Below are positions 39,001 to 50,200 of a DNA stretch of 64,000 nucleotides, in pieces (the stretch's first letter is position 1; each line of letters opens with the position of its first letter). The DNA lies in NCBI RefSeq assembly GCF_037042905.1, contig NC_087252.1, positions 8,060,001 to 8,124,000 of the forward strand. The letters are read 5' to 3'. The notes under the pieces are model-generated. The model was given only the letters and a program-made list of their open reading frames with translations. It searched no databases and had not been told where the DNA came from. The position numbers and the translations under genes were made by a program. This DNA comes from Lytechinus pictus. Taxonomy: Eukaryota.

Positions 39001-39987
39001 TTTCCTTCAGCAAGGAATTTATTCATGCTGTGCTGCAATCAACTAAGGTGATGTAAATGGGGACTGGCAGGATTCAATCCTTAAAATGTTTCCACACATT
39101 AAAAGGGTGAGGGGCTAAAGCTGGGGTAATGATATCCAAACTTTTTTTTTGAGAGCACATAAAGATGTTACATCATAATATGCTATGTAGAACTGTGCAT
39201 ATTATTATATTGTGTGCAATTGTGACGTTGGTGGTGATCATGGAGACAACGATGATAACGTAGTCGTCTCAGTGGTGGGGTAATAGTATTGTGTCATAGT
39301 TGTGGTCATGATGTTGTACATATTTGCTCTGATTTGATACAACATTTTCAATAGAATAATAGTTATTATCTATCTTAATTTTGATCAACAGATGGAAAGC
39401 CTAGGACAGCCACCTGCTGAGATTGTTGGAGATATGGTAAGCAATTGATTCTTTTTGAAAAGGGGCCAACTTTTTCTTCAGTTTTCTTTGGACAAGTCCC
39501 CCAATGATTGTTCAAAGTTCCCAAAATTTACCAATTTTTCCCGATCTGTCATAGATTGAGTGTTATTTTGTTTTACTTTTTATTAAAGAAAATCAAACGA
39601 GTGCACAGTAACGAAAAAAGCATATTTTTCATTTGTCTAGTCAGGTGCATTAAACGACTCAGCCACGGCATCTGTTATCAAAATATTGCTAAAATAAATT
39701 TTCCTAGTATTTTTGCATGCTGATACCCCTAAAACTCTTCACTTTTCTTTGAGTGTTTGATTCCCAGCCACAATCAGATTTTCTCGAATTAATTTTTAAA
39801 TAAAGATTTAATATTATTTTAGTTGATATTTTAATCTTCAGTAAATCAATAACAATCTGCTTTAATTTGTCTTATATTCACTTCCCATCTGCATCCCTCA
39901 CTACAGAATGTTGGTATGCCCTTTGATGAGAATGGTCTACCCCGGATACCAGGATTGCCCCAGGGGGATCAGTGCAGTATTATGTAA
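27087..39987 (+). CDS. PEX19: Peroxisomal biogenesis factor 19, 370 aa, 8 exons
   Basis: Exons 27087-27222, 33347-33513, 34127-34373, 35140-35243, 37100-37255, 38264-38440, 39392-39436, 39907-39987. GT-AG with consistent phases; total 1113 nt. Hallmarks: DLDQLLDSALSDFDK (PEX3-binding helix), MMQSLLSKDILYPSLKE..DKY..WL, MESLGQPPAEI, C-terminal CaaX CSIM. The N gap in intron 2 could hide sequence. Confidence 0.95.
27713..31974 (+). mobile_element. pogo/Tigger-type DNA transposon, ~4.3 kb, defective, in PEX19 intron 1
   Basis: Perfect 28-bp TIR (ta)gggtaacgcgcccggtattcggtcac; TA ends; subterminal gaattcggtc repeats; HTH transposase remnants; internal tandem duplications (28260-28660, 31060-31410). 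Confidence 0.85.
29205..29550 (+). pseudogene. Intron-containing pogo transposase N-terminal remnant (HTH_psq + CENP-B HTH)
   Basis: KMSKRRAS*VYGIPKSTHRDK|gtaggt (donor after 29302) ... ccacag|IDGKTPVKSRHGSSPYLSVAMKANLAALEQRMAKFG (acceptor before 29428). In-frame stop; no DDE domain seen. Confidence 0.7.
32130..32995. mobile_element. Non-autonomous TIR element
   Basis: TIR ctaatactaacctcgcaatac.tgtgagtgggt / acccactcacatgtattgcgaggttagtattag. Confidence 0.7.
33697..33864. other. Assembly gap (168 N) in PEX19 intron 2
   Basis: Run of n characters. Confidence 1.
34400..34945. repeat. (GAT/GGT)n low-complexity microsatellite
   Basis: Degenerate trinucleotide tract in PEX19 intron 3. Confidence 0.9.
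35770..36632 (-). mobile_element. 5'-truncated LINE (CR1/L2-like clade), 3' end
   Basis: The minus strand encodes an ORF2 C-terminus (QLNRILLLQKKALRIIFQTHFRSHTDILFFENNILKVSDIY...HCYPTRQ...FSGPAYWNSLP..FKCKL), then a 3' UTR ending in AATAAA plus a (TCAAA)n-like tail at ~35775-35803. Confidence 0.85.
37483..37600. repeat. (TAA/TGA)n microsatellite followed by a purine-rich tract
   Basis: Direct inspection. Confidence 0.85.
38480..39140. mobile_element. Cluster of three tRNA-derived SINE copies (two minus, one plus)
   Basis: Plus copy from ~38925 (gtggcctagtgg A box, ggattcaaatccc B box, ccttcagcaagg core). Inverted copies at ~38480-38710 and ~38740-38910. Another copy at ~51120-51310 (-). Confidence 0.65.
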
Positions 39988-42641
39988 TCAGTCATCCAAT
40001 TGAACACCTGAAAATTGACTGGAAAATAGTGATACAGCTCCTTTCAACGATGATTTTAGCATCTGAGGATGGTCAACAGTCATTTGAACACTTGAAATCG
40101 ACTGAAGAATAATGATACAGCTCTGTTCCATGATGATTATAGCATCTGAGCATGGGGACCAGTAATTGGAACTGTGATTTGTGAACCATTCTTGATCAAG
40201 CATTGCATCATGGGTACCCAGAATGCCACAGCTTATCAATATACACATGGGCAGCGGAATGATGTTGAAAGTGGGGCGGGGGCTAAACCAAAAGTTGAGC
40301 CCCCATGTTCCACTGCCCCTAATGCAGTCAAGTCTGCACAATCAACCATCCTGTAGTCAAATAGTGTTGGAAGTCAAAGCAATTATTCAGAACGGACTCA
40401 GAGGAGCGTTTCTTCAACTTCTTTCGTCCAACATCTTCCTTGGTTTTGATTGGATGAGAAGCACCATTACTATGGCGACTGTCGGCATAAATAGAATTTG
40501 TTGGATAAATGATCCAACAAGTCCTTCTGTTAAGTCAACGCTCCTTAGGAGTATGGTATGTTTCACAACGATTTAAGTGTGATTTTTATGCTGTGATTGA
40601 GTGCCAATGCGTACATGAAATATAACGTTCGATCTCATTTATGAATACGCGGTTAACGTGCGTCCGCTGAGCATGAAGTGTCCAATGTGGTGATGGACTG
40701 TACACCATTCGCTATCGACAATTAAATTGATTTTAAGTCACACTTAAATCTTTGTGATACACCAGCTTTATTAATTTAAAGATGCATTATTCACCGCATC
40801 TAAAGCAGGGATGCAGTCTCGGCCAGCCTCAAGGCCACTTTTTGCCGGCCTCGTCCCTAGTCACATGTTCTGATTGTATGGGAGAAGGATTTCTCCAGCG
40901 TGACTCTGAAGGAATGGTCTGGACTACATCCTAGTTTCTAAGTCAAATTTTCCTCCAAGTTGGACTTATTTCTGTACGGTGCCAAAAGGTTTGACTTGAC
41001 TGGAGTTTAGCTGTAAATGCAAGTAATAACTTGCAAAAAATCGGCACTGTTCATTATTGTCTTATGGAGTATCGCATTTCAATCTTGTGGGATCGTATGG
41101 ACTAATATAAGATGTAAAAATACTGCTTTCAATTTCTAATTTTAGTCATTCATATATTACACCTTTGCTCAACTTGTTACCAATCACAGATGTTGAACAT
41201 TTATGACAGATTTGATTTTAGCCAACGAGACTGTCTTCTTGATAGCTTATAACATTTATAAGCTTTTTAAAATTAATGAAATTTGAAAAACTTTTCAAAT
41301 TTCATGAAACTTTGTGAAAACAAGGGTCTGGAATTCTGAAAGATTCTCTGAGAAATGAATCCTTTGAAGTTTTGGGATTACTGTTGAGCTAATTGCAGTG
41401 CATGCAAATGGCCAAATGCTTCAAATGAGGAGCACGGCTTTCTTAAATTTTTTACCAGCTCTAGATTAAATCAGTCTTTTTCCCTTAGATTGGCAATAAT
41501 TGATTCTTTGAAAAAAAAATCAATTGTTTAATATCAGTCAAAATGTCTGATAGTAGCTAAATTTCAATTTAAGATGCTGTTTTTATCATGTTGCCAATTT
41601 AGTGTGTGCAATGATTAGCTTATAATCATCAAAAACAAAATTTATTCAAGAGCGGGATCACATCCTGCACTCGAAATGGTAATCTGTGCATTTTGTGTTT
41701 CTAATCATATTCCATGCATAATTGCTGGCATTCAGGATAATGAGTCACCGTAACTCTGTGTAAATGGCACATTGATTGACACGAAATGAATGAATAGACC
41801 CTATTAATTGTATGTGGGTGAAAATGATTATTCCTTGTACATTGATAAAGATAGAATGATATAGAAAGGGAAGTTGTGAATGATGGAACGAAAGAGAGTG
41901 GGAAAAATGATGATTAGAAATGTATATCGCACAAAGTAGATTTGATTTTGAAATATTGATATTTTGAGAAAGGGCCAGAGAGAAAGAGAGAGATAGAGTG
42001 CCGGGAGATGGAGAAAGAGAGAGAGAGAGATGGAGAAAATGAGAAAGAGAAATAGAGCATGCTGTTGAAATGTCCACCACTCAAAAGCAATCTCACCTAC
42101 TTGACCAGCATTAATATACCTACTGACAAAGAGAAGAAAATAAAAACAACTTGTTTTTCATCCTGTGGATGAACATTTCATCAAGAATTTTGTCCAACAA
42201 GTTGTCAGATCTGACAATTTTCCTTGATTCTGATTGGCTGAGGAGGGCTGTGACTATGGTAAACGTCAGATAAAACGGGACTTGTCAGATTAAACGTCCA
42301 AGTCCTTTCATGAAAATTTCCCCTGAACCAACTTGGCTAGATTTTCTGACCACTGCTAAAAAAATTCCTTGTGATGACACTGGTACAGAAAAGAGTATAC
42401 AGTAGATGGCAAAATTTCCCGAAAGGTAAGGTTCATGCAGATGTACTTTGACAAGTTTTCCTTGCTAACTTGCTTAAATTCTCTTGTACTGAGGTGGCAT
42501 TTCTATTTCTTTCCCTTTTTACTTTCCTACTGGTGAATTGTTTTTTATTTTCATCTCCTTTCTTTCTGTTATTCTTTTCATATCACTAAATTATGGTTCT
42601 GATTGTATATTAGGCCTATGATGTATACATTTGTATAATGG

Positions 42642-42647
42642 AATAAA
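42642..42647 (+). terminator. Candidate PEX19 polyadenylation signal
   Basis: AATAAA in an AT-rich context, after a UTR-like region and before intergenic repeats. Confidence 0.35.
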
Positions 42648-42719
42648 TTTATTTTATTGAAATTACAAAATCACTGATGTATACTTATGTCAACGTTTTA
42701 TGAAAATTGCAGAAGAAGA

Positions 42720-42895
42720 TGATAATGAAAACAGAAGAAGGAAAGAGAAAAAGAAAAAAGCGAAGAAGAAAAAAAAGTAGAAGAAAAGTAAAAAGAAAAG
42801 AGAAGAAGAAAAGAAGAAAAAAGAGAAGATAAAAAGAAGGAACAAGAAGAAGAAAAAAGTAAGAAAAGAGAAGAAAAAGAAAAAAAAGAGGAGGG
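42720..42895. repeat. GA-rich (GAAAA/GAA) low-complexity tract
   Basis: Direct inspection. Confidence 0.85.
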
Positions 42896-43093
42896 CATTA
42901 TATATACCGTAGTAGGTTCTTAACTATTGAGTATAAAGAGACCTCCCAAACCTTTTCTGATGGAAGAGGAAACAAACTTCTTTCATTTCTCTACAGACTT
43001 TCTTGAAGGAATAGGGTTAATATTTATTTGATTTGTTCACTGACATACAGGGCATTCAGAGAAATATTAAAGGACGGGACCCCCCCCCCCCTC

Positions 43094-44523
43094 CAACCGC
43101 GTAGCCAGGATTTCATTTTGGAGGGGGCGGTAAGTGCACGCGAAGCGTGCCAACACTTACAGAGCGCGCAAAGCGCGCTCCCTAGGGGGTGGGTGCAGGG
43201 AGGGTGAGTTTCCCCCTCCCACGCGAAGCTTTCGGTGTTTCATAAATTAAAATGAAAAGGAGCCGTCTATCTTGTCTCTAGTACCTGTTTCCAACCCTGC
43301 CTGTATCAGCTCCAATTCAGTTCACTCTATTGTGATTTTGAATCTTGTTTTCAAAAGTGATTGTGAACGCACAAAAAGGGATAAAATAAAGGAAATTATA
43401 ATAATAATCACCCCGCGCGAAGTGCGGAAGCTCATGCATTTTATAATTTTTTGGCAAAGAAAAGGGTCCCGAAATAATGGTATTCTCTAAGTCATATTGA
43501 ATGCTTCCCTCGGAAAGATCAGATTTGATTACAATTTAGCCACAGTGCATATCTTTAACTCGCAAAACAGAGGAGAAGATATGCCGGGAGGAAGATATTC
43601 TTCCGCGCGCAGAGCAATGAAACTCTGAAATCTTAAAGGTCGGACGTTTCATTACATGCAGATATCTCTATACCCAGCGGTTCTAATTCAATTGATTTTC
43701 TAAGATTATTTAACTTCATTACAAGGAAAATACCGCTCAAAAAGTTGAAACTTCTGTGATTTATTAAAATTATATAAAAAGGATGATGTATAATGTCTTT
43801 GACTAATCTTGAAGCGCTTCATTTTTAACGATAAAGAAACTTAAGTGTCATTCAAAATTTCAAACTGAGGGCGCAAAATAGGACAGGGCAGGGAAATGAC
43901 ATGAAATTTACTAGAATTTGATTAAAAAAACATTGTACCTTTTTATTTGATACGACACGAATTTTATATCTTCTTTTTTTTTAATTAGAAACCCGTTTGC
44001 CCCAAAATTATGGTTGTTAAATAATGAGTTGAAAAGCGGGAGAAGTTGCCCTAGTGGAGGTGACGGCAGAAATTGATATAAAGATTTGACCCGCCTGGAG
44101 TCAACCCGACCAGAAGTTTCGCGATTAATTTGAAAAAAAAAGACTTCATACACTTCGGCCTAACCTTACTCTAATTCCATGCCCTCATGTACTGTATACA
44201 TTTGAACTTGAACTGGCAAGAAACACGTATAGCTGAGGTGGAAAAACAGGGTTAGAGAAAGGGTGGGGGAAACAGAGGAGAACTGCAATATTGTCATTTA
44301 TCCGCGCGCAGCGCGTAAGCAAAATTCATATATATAAATTTAGAGCAAGAGTGAAGGAGTTTCTCTTTTTGAAAAAAAAAAAAAAAGAATAAAAGGAAAA
44401 ACCCACAAAGCTACCTTTCTTCCCTTTGCTTTTCCTTTTCTCCTCTCTTTTTTTCCCTTCTTTTTTTTCTTTTTGGGGACGTTTTGGGGGGGGGGGCGAC
44501 CGCCCCCCCTGGCTACGCGCCTG
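43094..44523. mobile_element. hAT-like non-autonomous element (8-bp TSD)
   Basis: TIR ca..cgcgtagccagg / cctggctacgcgcctg; TSD cccccctc at 43086-43093 and 44524-44531. Confidence 0.7.
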
Positions 44524-47246
44524 CCCCCCTCCTGTCCTCAATACATCTAAAATATCCTAGTCAGTTTAGGGTCAATTTATTGTCACTAGAAAAAGGATTA
44601 CAAACCTTTGTCAAATATCTCAGAACCAGAATGGCAGTTTTACGCTCTTTTCTGAAAGCCAACGCTGCACATCGAGGACAGAAAATCTTGAGACTTTATA
44701 GACCACCTTTTGTGTCATGTGAATACATAATTCTCTCTGTCCTTGAACCCCACAAATGTATCTGAGGGAAAATTCCTCCTTGTAAGGGTATTTGTGTATT
44801 ATTTATGGCTTAATGCACAGATTTTTCATGCGGGTAAGACAAAAAGATTACTTCTTATTTAATATTAATAAACCAAAGGCATTTTACATGGCACTTCTCC
44901 AATCAATTGCCTTTTTAGTCATACATGTAAAATTTGATCAAATCTAAGCTTAAAATGGGGATAACAATATCCAAAGCCTACATAAATTTATACAGACAAT
45001 TCATTAGAGTATTATGTGCTGATCAAGTGTGATGTCCCTTTTTTCAATATATTTTTATATGTATTTCATCATTCCTGCCAGCTTGACATTCGACAAGTTT
45101 GAGTTTAGTTATTCTTTTTTTTTCCAAAAAGAAATACTAATAAAACAAAAGAAGAAACGAAACATCAGGTGAGTCAGTATTCGTATGAAATATAATTATA
45201 TTTGTCTGCACATATTCAATAATAATGCTGACATAAAAAATTCACAACAATGGTAACATAGTCGTAGCATCAATAAGACAATTTAACATAAAGTTCATGA
45301 TCTATTGATCCACTTATTTAAAATCAATCGATGGGAAAATAAAATTCCCAATCCCCCCCCTTGAAGAAAGGTAGACAAAAGACAACTGACATTTCCATAA
45401 AATTATATATCTTTACCATGAAATTGATGTGAAAGACACCCAAAAATTCTTCAAAGGTAATGCAATTGAAAAAAAAAACAGATTTATCTAGCTTGAAACA
45501 GTACTCCAAAGAATTTTTAAGGTAAAGATAAGTTTGGGTGATTTTGTCATCTCATAGGCACAATTTTTATTTATTTTTATTTATTTACTATTATTATTAT
45601 TATTATTATTTTTTTTTTTTTTGGGGGGGGGGGGGGGTGAAGGGCAATCCCCCATCCTTATACATATACCCATCAGTTGGAATGGAATAAATACTGCCTG
45701 TTTGAAAAGAGTGTTGCATGACAGAAATCAAATCAATAGTGATTCTCTCTTTTTGGTGCTGATTTGTTAAGTAAATTACATTACTGGTATAAATGGAATT
45801 TACTGAAAATGTAGACATAGCAATATTGATATTAACACAGCAGATGAGCATGACTGAACGATGTTATCACTCTTTCTCTAAATGCAATATCAAGTGATAT
45901 TTACTGGATATTTTACAAAGCATGACTTTTGCAATAGAAAAATGTTGAATTAATTTTTTTTTTCATTTGGTGATTCATGATTGGTGATTTGAAAGATTCA
46001 TTGGACGAATAAATGAAGTAATTTTTCTTCTCTGGCAAAATCTGGCATGCAAATAGGCAGCTCCTCAATATTAAGAACAATATACATAAAAAAGGCAGAT
46101 AAATTACATTTAGTTGTTAAAGTCACATATGTTTTAAATATTATCTTACCTAAGAATCTCAGTGCTTGAACATGGTTTCTATGTGACACAAAATCATTTC
46201 TCATTCATCTTATAGTTATTCAAAAGTGAAACTAACGGGATTTGCTCAAATCATTGTTCTTTATTAATTACTTCAGGGTGTGCATTTACCTATGTGTCTT
46301 TCTAAGAATCCCTGTATAGTGAGTCCAATACATATCGACTAACTCTTTTGAAACCGACCACCTTGCACGCATTGAGAATATTACGTATCATAAACCCTCC
46401 ACGCGGAAAGTAGACGCAGCATCCATAGGAACAATAAGAATTGATTTTACGAGAGAAAAAAGAGGGATACAAATGTACAATTTTTGTAGAATTTATCAAA
46501 ATCGTATTGACCAGACCCAAAACCCGCTGCAAAAACAGTTGTTCAAAGCAATAAATCCGATAGGAATCGCCTTTAGAACAAATATCCATCATCAATCGTC
46601 GAATCATGTGCCGGAGCTCGTAGTGAAAGTATTGAGACAATCATTTAGCATGGTGACATCATGGAACTGATTTGGAAGAGTCAAAATATTTTGCCAGCAC
46701 GACAAGAATCGGCCATAAAATTAGTGTTTAGCAGGTGGTCGGTCCTAAAAGAAGAGTGCAAATGAGCATAATTGAAATTGTCAAATTCATTGGGTCGTCG
46801 ATATATACGCGCATAGAATCTGAGTCTTCGATCTAAACTTGGGATTCTGATCTGCTCAAGTTTCTGCACAAATGAGACACAGACTACATGTGGGTAAAAC
46901 TGATAATTATTTTCCCATATACAATGCTTAGAAAATTAGGTGGTCAATAAGGAGTGGGTCAACCATACACAAATAATCAAATTTAAATAAAGAAGAGAAA
47001 CAATTGAATAGAATAAGTTTATAAGATACATAATTATGTATTAACAAAATTCATTTGTGTCTTGGATTTAGATAGGATTATGTGAGTGACATTACATATT
47101 TGAACATATTACATATGTAATTTAAAAGGTTATTTGTTTCAGTTATGCACATGATTCATACAAAACACTTTTTGTGATAATATAATTTCAGAAATATGAT
47201 CAAATATATATAATTTTTCAAAATAACCTTTGGAAATATCAATTAT

Positions 47247-50200
47247 CTAGTATTCTATAACATCGTAGAAGAATCCGGCCAGGTAGAACCGCACAAAGAA
47301 AGCTACACATGATCCAAGAACCTGGAGGGTAAACAAAAAGAAAGAATTAAAGGTAAATTCCAGTTCTGGTAACGATCTCAAAATTAATTTTTACAGAATT
47401 TAATATAATGACCACCCAAGTGTCTGTTTGTATGAATAAAAAATATGTGCCAAAGGATTCTGGAAGAAATTTTGTAATTGCTGAGAAATAAGCAAAATAA
47501 GCGCGGATTCGGTCACTTCCGTCGGGTCTTTATTCCAGCAATAATAATACACTGTCCCACGTGTGCCTATCTGTGTTGGCGATCTTCAGTGTGATCGTAT
47601 TTCAGCTTAGATTTTATGATTTCACAAAGTTCAGTTTATGTAACTGTACCAGATCTAGATCCACGATGATAAAGTCATACTTAACCTTGGTTTTACAGAC
47701 TTTCTCACGAAATTAGTGTTTTACTACAACTACTGTAATTTAGCTTTAAACTATTGAAATATATAAAGAATTCAAATTTTGTGCATATAAATAAATGATA
47801 TACAAATATATCAAGCAAGATACTTAAACTGGGCAATTGCCATGAGATATGTACAGCTAAATTCATATGTAGGACATTCCTGGTGGCCATTTCATAGAGC
47901 AGTTCGTAAGTTAAGAGTGACTTTAAGAATGACTGGTGATCCTTTCTTGTGGTAAATGATAGTCACTATTAAATGTTCATTGGTCATTATTTTGCGTATA
48001 AGAAAGATTCACCAGTCATTCTTAAAGTCGCTCTTAAATTACAAAAAGCTTTATGAAACTCCCACCAGATCGGTTTATTTTCTGCTTCATAAAAAAGGTG
48101 TAATGCTCTCGAATTATTGTGGCTTGAAGAGGTCAATAAGTGAAGAAAGAGTGGAGAAAAATGAGGGTTGGATGTACATATTCAAGTATTGTCCAACTAA
48201 GAAAGTTAATACCATTATCCCCATACACATAGAACAAACAACTCTCAAAGAAAATAAAAGACAAAATGAACACACATCCCTATAACCCTTTGAGTTACAA
48301 ATGACCAAATGTGTAAAAGGGTCATAAAAGGGGAAAAAATCGCTACAGCAAAATTGAAATGAGTAAATATCATTGTTCTAATATAGAAATATGTTTTAAA
48401 TGCAAATTATACTTCTTAACCCATTGGAGACGGACTGGCATTACTGATGACACGACAATTGCCCCAGGCTTTATTTCGTTTAAAGGAGAATGAAACCCTT
48501 GAAACCAGCTGAATCCATATCAAAGAGAAAAATCAAAGAAACATATTGTTGAAAGTTTGAGGAAGATTGAATGAATAATAAGAAAGTTATGAGCATTTGA
48601 ATATTGAGATCACTAATGCCATGTAGATCCTCTCATTGGCAATGCAACCAAGATCTATGGTGTCACACACGTACAACTCCCTCATTACTTTAGTACTTGT
48701 TTCACTTATATTCTCATTTTTATAGTCTATCACAAGGTGAGGTGTTCTCTTTATGAGAGGACAAGTACAGAGGTTTCACAACATTATATCATTGATGAAT
48801 CGTTTGTCATATGATTAGAATGAGCAAAAACAGATGTTTTGGGGTATATTTTCAGTGTCCAAAAGGGGAGAGTTATTCATCTGTGACATCATAGATCTTG
48901 GTCGCATTGCCAATGGGAGGATCTCCATAGCATTAGTGATCTCGACATTCAAATGCTCATAACTCTTCTATTGCTAGTCCTATTTTGTTGATCTTATTCT
49001 TTGATTTTTCTGCTTTCACAAAAGCTAACTTGCTCCAAGAGTTTCATTCTCCTTTAAGACTTACAGTATAGGCCAAAAATTTGGGGCCCCCTCATATTTA
49101 AAAGAAAATACATAACACTCCAAGCATTCTGCATATAACAAAATGCATTGCTACTTAATGGGCTATGACAGTTCGATTATGTCATACAAGCATGAGTAGG
49201 GTTAGGGTTGAAATAAGGTTTTATGTTAGGTGTCCCGGGGGGGCCACTTCCATTCACGAGTGGATACCATGCGCGACCATGAGATCTCAAAAAGCACCCT
49301 AAACACGTATTTTCTATATTCTGAAAATGCACCCCTTAACAAGTATTGGAAACAAAACGATACTATTGGCAAGTATTCCCTGAATTGAACCCCTAAACCC
49401 CCTACAGCGATATTTCAATGTTATGTCACGGACGTCGGTTTTACCTTTACCTACATCATTGGGTTTAGTACAGCCCAACTCGCGCAAATCTTTCTCTAAA
49501 CACGTAGTGTTGACTCCTGGGGCAAAAATCACATCCTTTATAAAACATTTTAGTCTTGATTTTTTATACCCTCGCAAATTTGACCCTAAACATGTAGTTT
49601 TCCTAGCAAAATAGATACCCTTTTTTCATTATTTTAGTGTTTTTGACACCCTTATTACGTTACATTTGTAACGTGCCCTATCTTTAAAAAGACATCCTTT
49701 TTACATGTTTTATTGGTCGCGCATGGTATCCACTTGTCAATGTAAGTGGCCCCCCCGGGTAAGGTGTACAGTCAGGTTCATGGTAAAGTACAGTGTAAAG
49801 TCCAGGGCTGAAGTTGGTCATACCTCTAGTGTGTGGAATTTACAGTGGAGCAATTGTCGCCTGAGCAAATGGGTGATTTCAAGTTCAGTGTTGACCTTTT
49901 GGTGTTGGTGTTAGGCCAATCTTTACACAATTATAACACCAAACATAAAATGAAGATGGACCAGAAAAGTCACTCTCTAGTTGTTGAGATGTCAATAATG
50001 CGATCTGGATCAGTTTTACAAACTCTGAATAAGTTTTGGAGCAAGGGGAAGCAATTCAAATTTCAATACCAACACCAAGGCCAACACCGGACTTGAAATC
50101 ACCCAATGTCATTGAACTGGATTTCCCATAGATCACAGCTCATTGGCCTATATCTGTGGGCTCGATCTTCAACTGGCAACAGCTTAATAAAATTAATTGA

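Noticed and set aside
39988-40576. 117-aa ORFs after the PEX19 stop
   Set aside because: Lie in the presumptive 3'UTR over repeat fragments; no recognisable protein.
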